Numbered from the whole stretch's first letter, positions 50,820-63,815 are shown. The stretch is 63,815 bases of DNA, filler included, from Gonapodya sp. JEL0774 (GCA_027604505.1; 50 parts of 50 records of this genome joined end to end with filler, not necessarily neighbours in it), one strand, 5' to 3'. Program-made: numbers and translations. The notes: generated by a model not told the origin, from the letters alone.

Positions 50820-51198
50820 AAGGAGGGGTTGGAGGACAGCGAAGGGGGAGGTTTGTGGTGAGAATGTTTGTGTACAAATAAATTAATTCATACGCGTAGA
50901 GTAGGAAGAAACGAGTTTTATCGCAGATTCAGTGCATGCGTATGATGCTGGCATGAGTTCGTGGGAGACAACTCGCAGTCAACTCAATTGCAACAACAGA
51001 TGTCACCCTCCAATAATGTACGGGGCGGGTTAATAAATGTTCTCCGCTATGAAATTGGCTGAGAGAGACAATGAGGTACCAGCGACGGAAATAAGTAGNN
51101 NNNNNNNNNNNNNNNNNNNNNNNNNNNNNNNNNNNNNNNNNNTTAATTAATTAANNNNNNNNNNNNNNNNNNNNNNNNNNNNNNNNNNNNNNNNNNNN

Positions 51199-51866
51199 CC
51201 CAAATCCATCGTCACTCTATTTATCAACGTCGAAGCCCACTGTCCCATCGTCGAATCACCAATCATCACCACTGTGTGGTTCCCCAGCAACTCACAAAAC
51301 CTCTTCGCGTCCCACCCACCCAACCGACACCGTTGGGGGCGGTATCTATACATGTCCAACGTGCTGATAACTCCACACAGACACTCGTCCGATCCGGGAA
51401 GTGGCGTACCCGTGGGGTTACCCCTGTACGCGTTTTCCCCATCGGGTGAGAAGGACCCACAGAAACCACCCGGTGTGTCGCGGGAGGTGTCGAGCCAGCC
51501 GCAGCAGGGAAGAAACACCGGATTGGTAGTGCGGGTCCATACGCCGGGGGTATAGTCCATTCCTGAACACAGCGGCAGTTCATTCTCAAGGGAATGCGAG
51601 TCTTCGGTTGACTGTGGTTCTAAAGTTTGGGGGGGACACGATGCGGGAGCTGCAATCTCGACTGATACAGGCGGAGGTTCTTGACCCAAGAAGTACTAGT
51701 GTGGTGCGGATTCTATGGTGAGAATGAGCTCCTGGAAACAAGTTCGCAAACCAATATTCATTATTCCACCCAGACTCACTAAAGCAGACAAAGCCAGCGT
51801 GACAATCCAGCCCGCCATTGCTATTTTGGCGAATCGTTCGCCATTCCAACCCCGAGTGTCTTCCAT
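51199..51866 (-). CDS. Type II membrane PC-esterase / trichome-birefringence-like SGNH O-acyltransferase, 5' part
   Basis: N-terminal TM segment, a stem, then YRYRPQRCRL..WDAKRFCELLGNHTVVMIGDSTMGQ (GDS motif). Confidence 0.78.
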
Positions 51867-53317
51867 AAACGGACCTGATGTTGTGTACTTTGGGCGGCTC
51901 TTGCTTCAAATCCGCTGACCTCGGTCGATCACAACGCCGCATCGCCGGCCACCCACGCATCCAAAAAGGGGCACGACCGATGTTCACCAAATGACATAAC
52001 ATCTGTCGATTGCGAGTCGTTTATAAGCATCCTAGTTCGTCCCGTCCATCGTGGTCGTAGGAGCGTGGAATGCTGAAGGCATAGTGACGGGATTTTCGAT
52101 TGATACATATTCGAACTTACATATGCACTCTGAAGGATTCAGCACACGAGTCAAGATGTTGGATGAGGTCCGGGAGTGGTCCGGCTATCACCCGTACAAG
52201 ACATGACATGAACCATACAATTAGACCATTGCGCCGTCCAATATACAAAACCCTACCGCGCAGAAGATGACGCCGAAGTGGCGGGGACATTCCGCTTGCG
52301 ATGAATTTAGACGCAAGAACGACAAGAGTGACATGGTACAGCGCAGGCGAAGGCATATATATTCGTGGAGCNNNNNNNNNNNNNNNNNNNNNNNNNNNNN
52401 NNNNNNNNNNNNNNNTTAATTAATTAANNNNNNNNNNNNNNNNNNNNNNNNNNNNNNNNNNNNNNNNNNNNCCGTCGACAAATTAGCCAGTCAGCTTGCT
52501 TCCTCCGTCTCTTCTGTTCTCGTCTACGGGTCTTTTCCTCTCCACTCTTCCACTCTGTGAAGTTTGACGGTTCGCCATCCCTTTGCTTCACTCACCTCAA
52601 CAGACTCCGGGGAGCGTTGAATCCCGCGCGGCCTCTCCCTGCTGCTCGATTTTGGCTTCGTACTCCCAATCGCCGGCGGGACCACGCTTGGACAGCTCCT
52701 GGTGATCTTGGTACTCAGTCGTCTTCAATCACCAGTTGCCTCGATCCCTGACCCGATTCACCCAACCTTTCGTCAAAATCAAACTATTCTTTGGCAATCG
52801 CGTCTTTTCCTGGGAACGCCGCCGATAAGAATGCCCCCGCACAACTTGTTTTGCGTTCTCCTTCCTCAGCAGTTGTCCCACTCCAGGGCCTTGGCAACTC
52901 AGTCAAGATTTTGTCCGGCGCCGTCACGGAGCTTCCCGATTCTATCACATCCAACTCGAAGTTATACATCCACTATACGCTTGCACTAGTACTAGTCTTT
53001 TGAAGGTGTGGTACCGTATTCCAGACAACCCGCGGCCACCGACACCTACACCGCAACCTGTCGCAGAAGCACTCTCCGAAAATTGCAGTCTCTGTTGAAG
53101 CTTTTTGCCCTTTCGATCGCATTGGTCATGTATGAAAGACGGGGTCGCAAATCGCGATCGCGGGAATTGGAACATATTGGGCAACCAAGCGTGATGTGGG
53201 TGAGAAGAAAATTAATTCAAAAGCTTATTTGTGTTCATTCGGGAAACTATGCGAAAGAACAGTAATTGAACCGCGGGTATTTTTCGATATGGTGACGTCT
53301 CAACTCCCCGATCACTC

Positions 53318-53644
53318 TCACCAACCCGCCAAACTTTTACACTCCCCAACGTGCACTTTGGCTTGTGCCACGTCGTACCACTTGGTCACGGCGATCATAC
53401 CCACTGTGAAGGTGACCGCAGTCTGCACACCAAAGATCACAGCCCGAGCAGCATCAAGAGTCGAAGGGTCCTGAGTGATCAGCAGCTTGTGAATATGGAC
53501 AAGGGAATCAAAATATTCTGTCAAGTTTGACTGTTGCATGACTGCCACCGATCATGACTTACCTCCGCCAGTCCCCAAAGCACACCCACTCCCGTCCACA
53601 CCCACGCCAACACCGCGGGGACTTCTCCTGACGCATTCGTCCAG
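53318..53644 (-). CDS. C-terminus of an unidentified membrane protein
   Basis: Two hydrophobic exons joined by a probable intron at ~53471-53561. Confidence 0.4.
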
Positions 53645-53744
53645 NNNNNNNNNNNNNNNNNNNNNNNNNNNNNNNNNNNNNNNNNNNNTTAATTAATTAA
53701 NNNNNNNNNNNNNNNNNNNNNNNNNNNNNNNNNNNNNNNNNNNN

Positions 53745-53862
53745 GAAATTTACATGGCCTCAGCATGTAAAAATATTCGTCCATGTGAAGAAATTTGCGT
53801 GGCCTCAGCATGTAAAAATTCGGTAAGGGTGTGAAGATTTTCGCCTGTGAAGAAATATTCAC
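53745..53862. repeat. Short direct-repeat cluster (30-bp unit twice at a 45-bp period; TGTGAAGA three times)
   Basis: gaaattt(a/g)c(a/g)tggcctcagcatgtaaaaat at 53745 and 53790. Confidence 0.85.
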
Positions 53863-54820
53863 ACAACTCATATTTGACCCACGACTTCCATCATTCAACA
53901 TCTCTGATTCTCTGGCAAAGACGCTACGTGGGCAATGAAACAAATGATGCTTGGACTCGCAGAGCACTGTAGGTGAGCGACTGGGGCTGCTTGATGGCGA
54001 CTGCCACCGATTCGCATTGTCTCGATCACCAGGATCTCCGCAACCAGCGACCGGGTTGAAGCCCGCTCTTGCATTCGTTCTGAGTGAGATCACGTTGCGT
54101 TTGACTGCGTAGGTAAGTCTCTTGTGATGGGGGATGGTGTTCCTTGTTCCTTTCATGTTCTGCCATATCATTTTGATTACTGGCATATTCTCATCTGAAC
54201 ACTACATCTGAGCAAACACATAGCTTTTCCGCTCAAAGTAAGTTGTTCTAGCAAGGAAGATAGGTACTGGGTTCTGTGACATTGACGCTCTTCCATTTGT
54301 CATTTATCAATTCAACAGTCCTGCGCCGGAACTTCGTGGGGAACAAATGTCACCTGGGATAGGTAAGCGGTCTCTCATGATGATGTGCTTCTCTCTTCTT
54401 TCAAGGGTGTGTACTGCTCTAATCACCGTCCTTTCCTCAAAGACTTTCTTCTGAGTTTGTCAGGCGTCGCGGTTGTAAAGATTGGTGAGTGACCAATAGT
54501 GATTTGACTCTCATATACCTGACGTTCAGTATATTTTGTAACTCCTTTCACACCCATTGCCGCCATATCTCCACCACAGTGCGTTCATTCTGCGATGCCA
54601 CTCTGGAGACCAGATTAGACCTGTGTGACGTGAACCGACAGTAAGCACAGCAACTTATGAAACTGTGACGGAGTTGATAAAACTCAGATCTTCATCTTCC
54701 GTCCCTCCCTCAGGGAACTGTCAATGACAAAACTGTGATCGTGAAAGCTCCAGTGTGCGACCAGCAGTTTACATGGTGAGAGATATTGTCAATCAATATT
54801 GCTTAAGATTGATCAATTCT

Positions 54821-54916
54821 TTAACCCTTTCGCGACCACGGTGGTCCAAGCCGGAGAGCCACCACAGCGGCACTCAGATTAGCAATTTTTCAGCCCGAAC
54901 CACAACTGTAACATAG
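54821..54916 (+). mobile_element. Possible piggyBac-like element terminus
   Basis: TTAA followed by CCCTTTCGCGACC, with an AT-rich to GC-rich shift; the contig breaks about 90 bp later. Confidence 0.4.
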
Positions 54917-55171
54917 NNNNNNNNNNNNNNNNNNNNNNNNNNNNNNNNNNNNNNNNNNNNTTAATTAATTAANNNNNNNNNNNNNNNNNNNNNNNNNNNN
55001 NNNNNNNNNNNNNNNNGACGAAATGTGGTGATTATCCCCGATCAAACTCCCTAGGCAAGTCTGTACCTTCCGCCGCTCACACAACATCTCAAACGCCGAC
55101 ATCACGGCGCCCCTCCAGTGCAGTTCCATTAAGCTGTACGTGATTAGACAAGGGATGCTCATTCTTTCCTG

Positions 55172-56105
55172 TTGTTGGTAATTTCGTACCCGTGTTGGTT
55201 AGTTCTCGCCCTGTCCGAGACCCTGGCGAAACTCCCTTCCAAGACGTCGGCGAGTCCCACCCCCATCGATAGAAATCCCCCGTCGAGCGTTTTGCAGTCT
55301 TCTTCTCACGTTGCTCAACCGACGACTGCGGCCTCTGAAGTGGGAGTGGCGATCATGATCCCTCGTGGACAACAACCGGAATTTGGGGTTGCGCCAGCTA
55401 CCCAGCAAGTTCCCTTCCCACTCCCGACACCAACATCGGGAAATCACGAGCACCTCCGTGCCCGTATTGCGGAACTCGAACAGGAAGTTGCTCGCTACCG
55501 TTCGGAAAAATCGGCGGCCGTAGCGGAAGCAGAACAGCGTGGGAAAGCGTCCGAGAGGGAGCAGTGGAAACCTAAAATGGAAGAGGAGAGGTTGAAGTGG
55601 GAGGCGGAGGTATGTGGTTCTCAGACGATCCAGACCAGCGGCTGATGATCTCACGAGTCAAGTCCGAAATATTCGTTTTTACATCATCCTCTGATGTCAA
55701 GGCGACGACAAAAGCTTCGATTCAACGGGAGCAATTTGAACGGGAGCTTCGCGATCGCCTGGCGGAAGTAAAAGCCGCTCACACCGACGAGGTGAGATAC
55801 ATTTGCTCTGCTGTTCCCAACGTGCACGTACATTGTATTGTGATCGTTTCTATTTTTTAACCATTGGGTCGGGAAGAGGACGAGTCTTCTCTCTCGACTC
55901 GAGGCTGCGGCACAGCAGGGAGAAGTTGTGAGAGTACGGGAGTTCGAAGTCGGAAAGAGAGAGGAGGTCGTGGTGGTACGTGGTCGAGCGGTAAACTCTC
56001 ACGTTCCCGGAGAATCCAATGTGATTTCACACGTTTGAATCTGATTGCGGTATTCCGAAGGAGCGTGAAGCCAAACTCGTAGAGCGAGAGAACCAGTTGG
56101 ATCAG
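55172..56105 (+). CDS. Coiled-coil protein fragment
   Basis: E/R/K-rich heptad exons (LRARIAELEQEVARY..., FERELRDRLAEVK) with GT-AG introns. Confidence 0.6.
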
Positions 56106-56309
56106 GTAAACTATCTTTATATGTCCATGTGATTGCAGTACCATCGTGCTTTCAAGATTTACCGAGACGATTCTCCCAATTTTCCACCNNNNNNNNNNNN
56201 NNNNNNNNNNNNNNNNNNNNNNNNNNNNNNNNTTAATTAATTAANNNNNNNNNNNNNNNNNNNNNNNNNNNNNNNNNNNNNNNNNNNNTACATCGAAGAA
56301 AGAACTCAC

Positions 56310-56916
56310 CACCTTCAGCCTGCGAACCATAAGCGGACATGAGTCGTCTCGCTTCTGCCGCTATGGTTTCGGATCCGCGGTCTGTGAATGTGGGTTTCCG
56401 TTCCGTTTGCTGCTCCTGTGCAGACGGGCCGAAGGAACGATTCCCGTACGGCGATTCCCAAGGAAGCCCGGAAAATCCCGAAGACGTCACGGGAGGGAGC
56501 TTCGGAAATTCATTTGCTTGATTGATCTGGTTGGACCACGACGAAGCCGGGTCGGAAACTATCGTGCCAGATTCGTGTTTCGAATAGTGCATGCGGTCAC
56601 CCACAGCATACGCCTGCTGAAAGAGTTTTTGACTCGCAAGCGAGTGTGAAGACGATAAGTTGGAGCTATTGACAGTATCCGATCCGAGTTCATAGTCCCT
56701 TTTCGCGTCGACCATTAATCCTGCACCACTGTGACCATTAGTGAGCGTGACTTGGCTGGGGTAGGTCTCAACTCTCCGAGTGTATGCGTCACGCGAGTTG
56801 GCGTCAAATGGTTGTTGATTTGGCAAGAGCATGTTGGGTGATGAGTGTTCCTGGTACATAGGTTGTTGGCTGCAGTGTTGCAACCTAGTAACGGAGTGAG
56901 GTGCGATGGGGGCCAA
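56310..56916 (-). CDS. Ser/Gln/Asn-rich disordered N-terminal exon of an unidentified protein
   Basis: About 200 open codons ending at a GTGAGT donor near 56309. Confidence 0.45.
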
Positions 56917-57560
56917 ACTGAGGCGAGAAAGAAGTCAATAATAGAGTCCATTGTGTTTGCAAATGAATTCGTCAAACAACTGTGACAAGAGTCGCGTCGC
57001 GATCCTCAACGCCAATTTCCGTGAACGGCGCCGTCACCGAAGTGGGGGACGCGACTTTCCTCCACATCTATGAACGCAGCCCCGAGAGATCGAGACCGCG
57101 TCGTGTAACATTAGAATCCCGGACGATGTTCACGGCCTGGCCGATCTCCGTGTCCGTGCGCCAAACGTGCGGGATTGCGTTGTGATGCTACGCAGCGGCT
57201 TGCTCCCCAAGCGCATGCACCCAATGGATACTCACATTGCCTTACAACCCCTATTCAATTGTTCTTGCAGGACGGTGTCTCCCTTATTGTGTAATTGCCT
57301 CTGGTCAGTTCAGTTGCAAGGATTCGAGCGCCTGAGGAGGAACAGCAACCTGGCAGATTATCCACCGCCTGCCTGTCGCATGAAGGGGGAAAGCGACCAA
57401 CCTTGAGCAAGAATGTCGCGACTGAAGTTGCTGATACGCGTCCTTGTCCGCGCTTCTGAANNNNNNNNNNNNNNNNNNNNNNNNNNNNNNNNNNNNNNNN
57501 NNNNTTAATTAATTAANNNNNNNNNNNNNNNNNNNNNNNNNNNNNNNNNNNNNNNNNNNN

Positions 57561-58732
57561 AAAAATGTCCGCGCCAGGCCGAAATCCGCCAACTTTATGT
57601 GCAACTCTGGTGTCAATAGAAGTGACGCAGACGCTGGCGACTGGGAGGAGGGTGTAGCCACACCAGATGGCTCAGAGGGGTCTTCAGCGCTACTGCCGGA
57701 CCGCACTCGTCGACCACCAAGCGAGGAACCGGTCGTGTGTCGACGGGTTAGGGAAGGGCTGTTGTCGGCTGGGACAAGGAGGGACGAGGAGGGTGCGGTG
57801 TCACGTATCTCTGGCCGAGGCGGCAAGATTTGAGGAGGAGCGGTGACGTGAGGTGGGCTTGATGAATGAGTGATTGCGGGTGCCGAAAATACGTGCAGGT
57901 GGGGTCCTGAAAATGCACTTCCACTCGGTGTGGCAGCGGCGGTAGGAAGCCATGAGAGATCACCGGGGGTAGTGAATCCATCCACATCAGAAGTTGCCGC
58001 ATCCGACACGGATGGTCGAGTGGGTGGAAGAGGTGCACTCGAAGGAGGGTTGGGCTGGAGTTCAGGAACGGAGATCAACGGTAAGGGTGCGGGAGGGAAC
58101 TGCAGTTGAGCCGGATTCTTCGTAGTTACGAGAATGTTTTCGAGTTTTATGTCACGGTGGGTGATGCAGCGGCGATGGAGGGAGTCGACGGCTGGTTTCA
58201 ACAGGAACGGAAGCAAAAGTTATAATGATTCGAGGCACAAAATAGGTCAAAAACTTCTTGATAGGATATCCACCGTCGACAATTTCTCCAAACATATGCC
58301 GTATCCCATCCTCGCCAAGATCACCAAGGCTCCAGCGGGTTTTCACCGCGGCGGAGGTTGTGGTGCCGAGCGGCGCTCGCTCTTTCGTCGATTGTGAGCC
58401 ACTTTTCCCTGCCACACTCTGCACATTCTCTCGAATAGGAACAGGCTTGGTGAATCCTCTTGCCACAATCTCAAATACCTCGCCACCATCGACATACTCC
58501 AACACGAGACATCGCCATCCCTCGGTATCTACGACGTCGAGCAATCGAACGACGCAGGGCAGGTCGCTAAGACTTAGCATTATCTCAACTTCCCGTGCGA
58601 GAGCGGATGCGGTTGAAGGTTGGGCGAAGAGGGAGGAAGGGAGAAGTTTCACCGCGAAAAACAGGGTATCGGCATTGGAAGCGCGGAGGTCAGGTTCCGT
58701 CCGCTCAGCAGTGTCCAACGTTTCCGAAGCTT
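57561..58732 (-). CDS. Ser/Thr protein kinase (CAMK-like) with large insertions
   Basis: FAVKL, REVEIM, LVLEYVDGGEVF, THRDIKLENIL, a long P/S-rich insert, then IKLADFGLAR. Confidence 0.9.
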
Positions 58733-58889
58733 NNNNNNNNNNNNNNNNNNNNNNNNNNNNNNNNNNNNNNNNNNNNTTAATTAATTAANNNNNNNNNNNN
58801 NNNNNNNNNNNNNNNNNNNNNNNNNNNNNNNNGGCCACGTTGCGGGAGCTCATAAGGGTGGAGTTACTACTGTCGCATGGAATGCGCCC

Positions 58890-59811
58890 ATGCAGGAGCA
58901 AGGTGTGACCTCGTTCATCACTGGCGGTAAAGATGCGACTGTCCGTATCTGGGAGCTCGACGAGTCTCGGAAACCCGTCGGGAAGTTTGCTGTCAAGGAT
59001 GCGGTAAACAAGGGAAGTTCCGTTACTGGTGTTACTGTGCACGCCAGTGGGGCGTACTGGGTTGCATCAGGGAGTGCGGGAGAGTGGAGCTTCGGCGACT
59101 ACGGAGCGGGCAGGGTGGTCAAGAAAGTCAAGGGTGATGTAGAGTGTGAGTCTCAGTCTATAGCGATAGAAACCTCCGGATACTTATCCTCGCCATTATC
59201 CTATTTGAATACCTGCCCCGAATCACTTTCGTTCTCTTCCCCATCATCAAGCTATCACCTCTGCTGCCTTCCATCCCGATGGTCTAATTCTCGGCACTCC
59301 AACGCCGTCCTCGGTTCTTCTGTGGGACGTCAAGTCTTGTACTGTGGCGGCGTCGTTCCCGGCCCCTCAACTCGGCGTCAATGGTTCATGTTGCTTCTCT
59401 GAAAATGGATACCATCTGGCGACCATTGGCGGTGGTGGCAAGTTAAAGATCTGGGACTTACGCAAACTGCAGGTGGGCAAGGAGGTTGATGTGCCGGACG
59501 GCACAATCTTGTCGTACGATTATTCTGGGCAATACTTGGCCGTGGGTGGTGGAAACGAGATCAAGTAAGTTTATTCTCGCAAGACGCATGCCCCTGCGGC
59601 GACATGTCCCGATGCACATCGAAAACTTCCACTAAACATATCCTCGCCTTTGAACTGCAGAATATTCGCCACCAAGACGTGGGAAGTCCTGACCACTTTT
59701 GAGTCCACTGGTGCTGATCTTGCGTCAGTTAAATACGGACCTGATGCGAAGTACCTTGCCGCAGCGGGCGGAGACGGAGTAGTTAAGGTCTGGGCGAGTG
59801 AGAGCGGCTAG
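58890..59811 (+). CDS. PRP19: Pre-mRNA processing factor 19, WD40 region to stop
   Basis: AAFHPDGLILGT, FSENGYHLAT, KIWDLRKL, YDYSGQYLAVGG and KYGPDAKYLA. Confidence 0.9.
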
Positions 59812-61746
59812 AGTTGGTGTCCAATCAGGCGTCCCGGTATCCTCCATTTGTGGCTTTACCGGTAAATACACTACGCCATGTGAAAAAAATGGATCGAGTG
59901 GACTTGGACTCAGCGTTTCATAAGATGTCATTACATATATGAGAAAAATGTCCTCTTGTGTGTCATGTGATTCACATGCAAGCCCGCTCGTGTGACGGAC
60001 CCAANNNNNNNNNNNNNNNNNNNNNNNNNNNNNNNNNNNNNNNNNNNNTTAATTAATTAANNNNNNNNNNNNNNNNNNNNNNNNNNNNNNNNNNNNNNNN
60101 NNNNATCAGGGAACACGGCGTTGTTGAGGTGATGAACGTGTGGTGTACTATGCATAGCGGTGGTTGGAAACCATTTTCGATTGTACGGAGGCCTCCATAA
60201 TGATGATAATAATGCTGATCTACGAAAGAGATTTTTTCGGATTGGTGTTCGTCAGCTCTCATGTTGCCCCATCGATTGGAATGACTCATTGGTGACCTGC
60301 ATTTTTCTCGTCATCATCTTCCTGACTCGCGTTACATCACATTTGATCCACGTTTGCCTTCACTGCCATGAGAAACGCCTCCAAGGACGCTGACGGTACG
60401 TGGACGTTTATCAATTGAACATGCTGCTGATCCTCACTTGTCAGCTACTTGACTCGTTGACCTGGGATGACGTATCGTCGCCTACCCACACGTCAAAGAC
60501 CACAAAATGCAAAACTGGCGTACATACTGAGTGTTTCATATTTGAAAGACCATTTGATCGATGGTTTTTACATCGTACGGTCTCTGCTTCTGGATGGACT
60601 GTTTTGGGTTGAAGTCAATGACGCATTCAGGGAGAGGAAGAGAGAAGGGTTTGCCACTAGTAAGCACGCACAGAACGTCGCGCTTGACGTGATCGCCGCA
60701 AGTTCGCCTTCTCGCCCGCTCAATGTCCATCGCAACTCAGATCACTGACGGCGCACCATCTTAGTCCTCATATTTACTGCTCAATTCTCTTGGGGAGCGG
60801 GCTAGATCACCTTTTACAACTTTATGTACACCAGCAACGACCTCGTCGTTGGTGTGTGGGCGACATGCTTGGGATAACTGTGGGCCACGTGGCCGGCCCG
60901 GTTTTGGTGGGGAGGTGAGTGGATGTAAAATTTTTTCTAAGAGGTACAGTCTCTTTCTCATCGCCACGGATCTGTAGGGTTTTGGTATGTTTGGCCAACT
61001 GTCTGGGTAACTCCGGACCACTACCAAACCCCTACAGAGTCAAGTTCGTAAGATCAAGGTGAGACCTTTGATCGTTCATCGCGTCCTACATACCGCTCTA
61101 AAATTTCTTTGCGACCTCTGTTTCGTAGCTCTTCTCACCAAACGCGCTTACTCCTCGTCAGGCCGTCAACAAGAGCCATGAAGGGCAACAGGTTGACTTT
61201 CCACTGCTATCTCCCCGCAGATCAAGATCCGAGACATCTCCAAGGAAGCAACAAGGATAGGTAAGCTCTTACTGANNNNNNNNNNNNNNNNNNNNNNNNN
61301 NNNNNNNNNNNNNNNNNNNTTAATTAATTAANNNNNNNNNNNNNNNNNNNNNNNNNNNNNNNNNNNNNNNNNNNNCCCACCTGACTCTTCTTGCCGTCAC
61401 TTGTGTGACACACTGAAGTTTCACGTGAATATGGTGTGTGCCTGTCCCAGTCACATGCCCGCACATCCACACAGAGAACACGGGGTCTTTCACAAAGAGA
61501 TTTCTCTCCCTTTCAACTGACGGTAAAGACGGCAAAAGTATTTTGAATTGGTTTGTGAGTTCATTCAGCTCCAACAGGGAGGGCTTGTTCGGTCATCCCT
61601 GACATCACCCGCGCAGTCCTCCCCGCACTTTCGGGAGCAGAATCGTCCCGCCTCCCCAACACCCAACACAACCCAGCATTATCCCAGCAACTGTAGCGTC
61701 TTACTTCTCTCTCCTCCTGTCTTCTCAGAAAAGCTGGTGGACGCAA

Positions 61747-62545
61747 ATGGGCGCTCTTCTGGCAGAGACTTTTTCCACATCGTCCGCAGATATTCAGACC
61801 CCGAAAACTCTGGTAATCCATCACCCAACCGGAATCTCGACCATTTCAGTCAATGAACTCTACCGCACCTTCGAATCTTTTGTGGATGGGCTCCGGGAAA
61901 GGATCCCGTCCCTGACAATACCGGATGTCCCCCACACTGTTCTCAACCTCCGATATTTGGACATTGATGGAAGAACGCGGATCTCGATTGAGGACAGCGA
62001 GGATTTAGAACTTATGTGGAGATTCCCTGGAAATCCGAAGGTTTTCGTGTCCTTTCAATTTGAGGTGGGTCGTTGGTTTCAGAGAAATTCGCCGTGACGA
62101 GACGTGAATTTACCAGAACGTGACGCTTTCCCTGAAACCCGTTCTCGCAGAGCGACGGTACTTCAAGCTCGATGGTTGATACCTTCCTTGATGGTTTGCG
62201 GCCGATACTATCGCATGCTCATTCAGTTTCGGACACCACCGGCCGGGTCACCTGGCAGCACCGGTTAGGAGGGACATCGCTACGTCGGACGGCATCCGTT
62301 GGGGCAACGCCAAAGCGAGTTCGGTGGCGTGAGAGCATTGCCGACTCGTGGACCCCCCCACCTAGTCCCGTGGAAACCGCGTACGATTCTGATTCCAGGG
62401 ACTCGGGGAACGGAGATCATTGTCGGTCTATTCGACCATCTGACCATTTCTTAGCCGATGATGAGGACACGGAACCTGCACCATCGCGGGGGATGTCTCG
62501 TTCGAGAACGGAGTCGGCACTAAGCTCGCCAACCAGAACATTGTT
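61747..62545 (+). CDS. PB1-domain protein, 5' part
   Basis: LRYLDIDGRTRISIEDSEDL matches the acidic OPCA motif; intron near 62065-62150. Confidence 0.65.
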
Positions 62546-63815
62546 NNNNNNNNNNNNNNNNNNNNNNNNNNNNNNNNNNNNNNNNNNNNTTAATTAATTA
62601 ANNNNNNNNNNNNNNNNNNNNNNNNNNNNNNNNNNNNNNNNNNNNCTCCAGGGTGCAGGTCCGTCCGATTGGGTTGCGGTAGTGGGGCCGATTGAGTGAC
62701 ACAATCGCGATTCCTAAAATTTTCAGCAGAGGTTGGATTTCGAGAGACTCCGAGATACCAAACACGATAGGGTGAAAACATTACCATCGCTGGTGATAGA
62801 GTACTTGATCTGCGTGAAGGATGGCACTGGGGAGACGGGAGCCATTTGGGGGGGACGAAGAGCAGCGGGTGAGTGTGGATATTGCTCGGCAAAACTCCAG
62901 CCGGCGCACAAGGATTTCTTTACCCAAATAGACGAATCAGCATGGCTCTTCGTCTTCTGCAGGATATAAAACCAGTGAAATGTTTTGTGTGGGGTCATAA
63001 TACTTTACGGCAATTTGGGAGAACCGTGATGAAAGGTCCACGCAAAACAACGAAAGTATGAAGTCATTTGAGTGTTGGAGCGTTAAAATATCAGGATATT
63101 CGCCTGCAACTGAGCTTCCCCAATTGCATGAATTCATTCTACAACGTGTGGGGTGAGTGAGGCGGTGCCTAACTAAGTACACTGACTCAAAACCATGCAA
63201 CACAAAGACTTTTTGCCATCGAGTCCGGATTCCGGCATCCACTTCGTGCAGAGCTTGCATCTCGCCACTCGTGGAGTGAATGCAAATTTTGCCTGGACAA
63301 TCGGCTCTCCCATCCCACTTCTCTTACAATGTCTCAGCTCCCCTCACTGCGATACGAACAGGTCGACTCCATCCCGGCCGATGTGGCAGAAAAATCCACT
63401 CCACATCTCCTTTCTTCTCGGGAATCAATAGCTACTGATCGGCTCCGTGATTTTTTCGGGAGTGAAGCACCGGGGTGCCTGACTCCTCTCCCTCGTGGTT
63501 GCTATGGCTTAGCGTTCTACTTTATACGCTAATTATTCTTGATGCTGCAGTCGGGCTTTTCATATACAGCTTCGCGTTTCAGGTGAGAATTGTGCTGTCC
63601 GTGACGTAGTCTCTGGGATCTCGCCTCATTCCGGGCACCTTCGATGTCAATGACTGGTCCAACATCCGCAGAACTGCAGTTTGAAGCAACTGGTATGACA
63701 TTCAGCTTTGCAATCAATTGCATTGAGACCTTTCTAACTTTCCATTCAGACATACGAAGCAAGACCAGGAACTTGCGGCTTTCGCGCTTCGACAAGTGGA
63801 ACCTCCGCAGAGAAC

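Noticed and set aside
57300..57460. Homeodomain-like RTRTRIS peptide on the minus strand
   Set aside because: No WFxNxR helix could be assembled from nearby exons.

Overview
This is not a continuous locus. It is an artificial concatenation of 50 short contigs (about 1170-1190 bp, in decreasing length order) joined by 49 identical 100-bp spacers (N44-TTAATTAATTAA-N44), so adjacency across spacers has no biological meaning. The DNA is eukaryotic, with many short GT-AG introns. It most likely comes from a flagellated (zoosporic) fungus, because axonemal genes (DNAI2, SPAG6/PF16) occur with fungal markers (LYS1, a class V myosin, an Ugo1-like carrier); this assumes all contigs come from one organism. 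Recognisable gene fragments include STT4, oligopeptidase B, RPB1 with its CTD, GH26, RPS11, two kinases, a P5B ATPase, cyclophilin B, an RNAi RdRP, GMD, NOSIP, a GH5 EGCrP, a DsbA/FrnE protein, TIM22, an MFS transporter, GBF1/GEA2, PRP19, and PC-esterase, SH3 and PB1 proteins. Mobile DNA includes Ty1/copia, DIRS-type, hAT and ULP-protease fragments and a possible piggyBac end. The most interesting observations are: (1) a CpG-rich cassette with a tRNA-like Pol III head, flanked on both sides by short (TTAGGG)n tracts; (2) a spliced gene with a bacterial/phage-type ParB N-terminal motif (VDGRHRL); (3) a DIRS-type RT/RNase H whose conserved motif is restored only by removing a spliceosomal intron; (4) an RPB1 CTD heptad on its own 21-nt microexon; (5) strong CpG depletion in an intact housekeeping gene. 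All identifications come from motif recognition by eye. No database searches were run, and most gene coordinates are partial.
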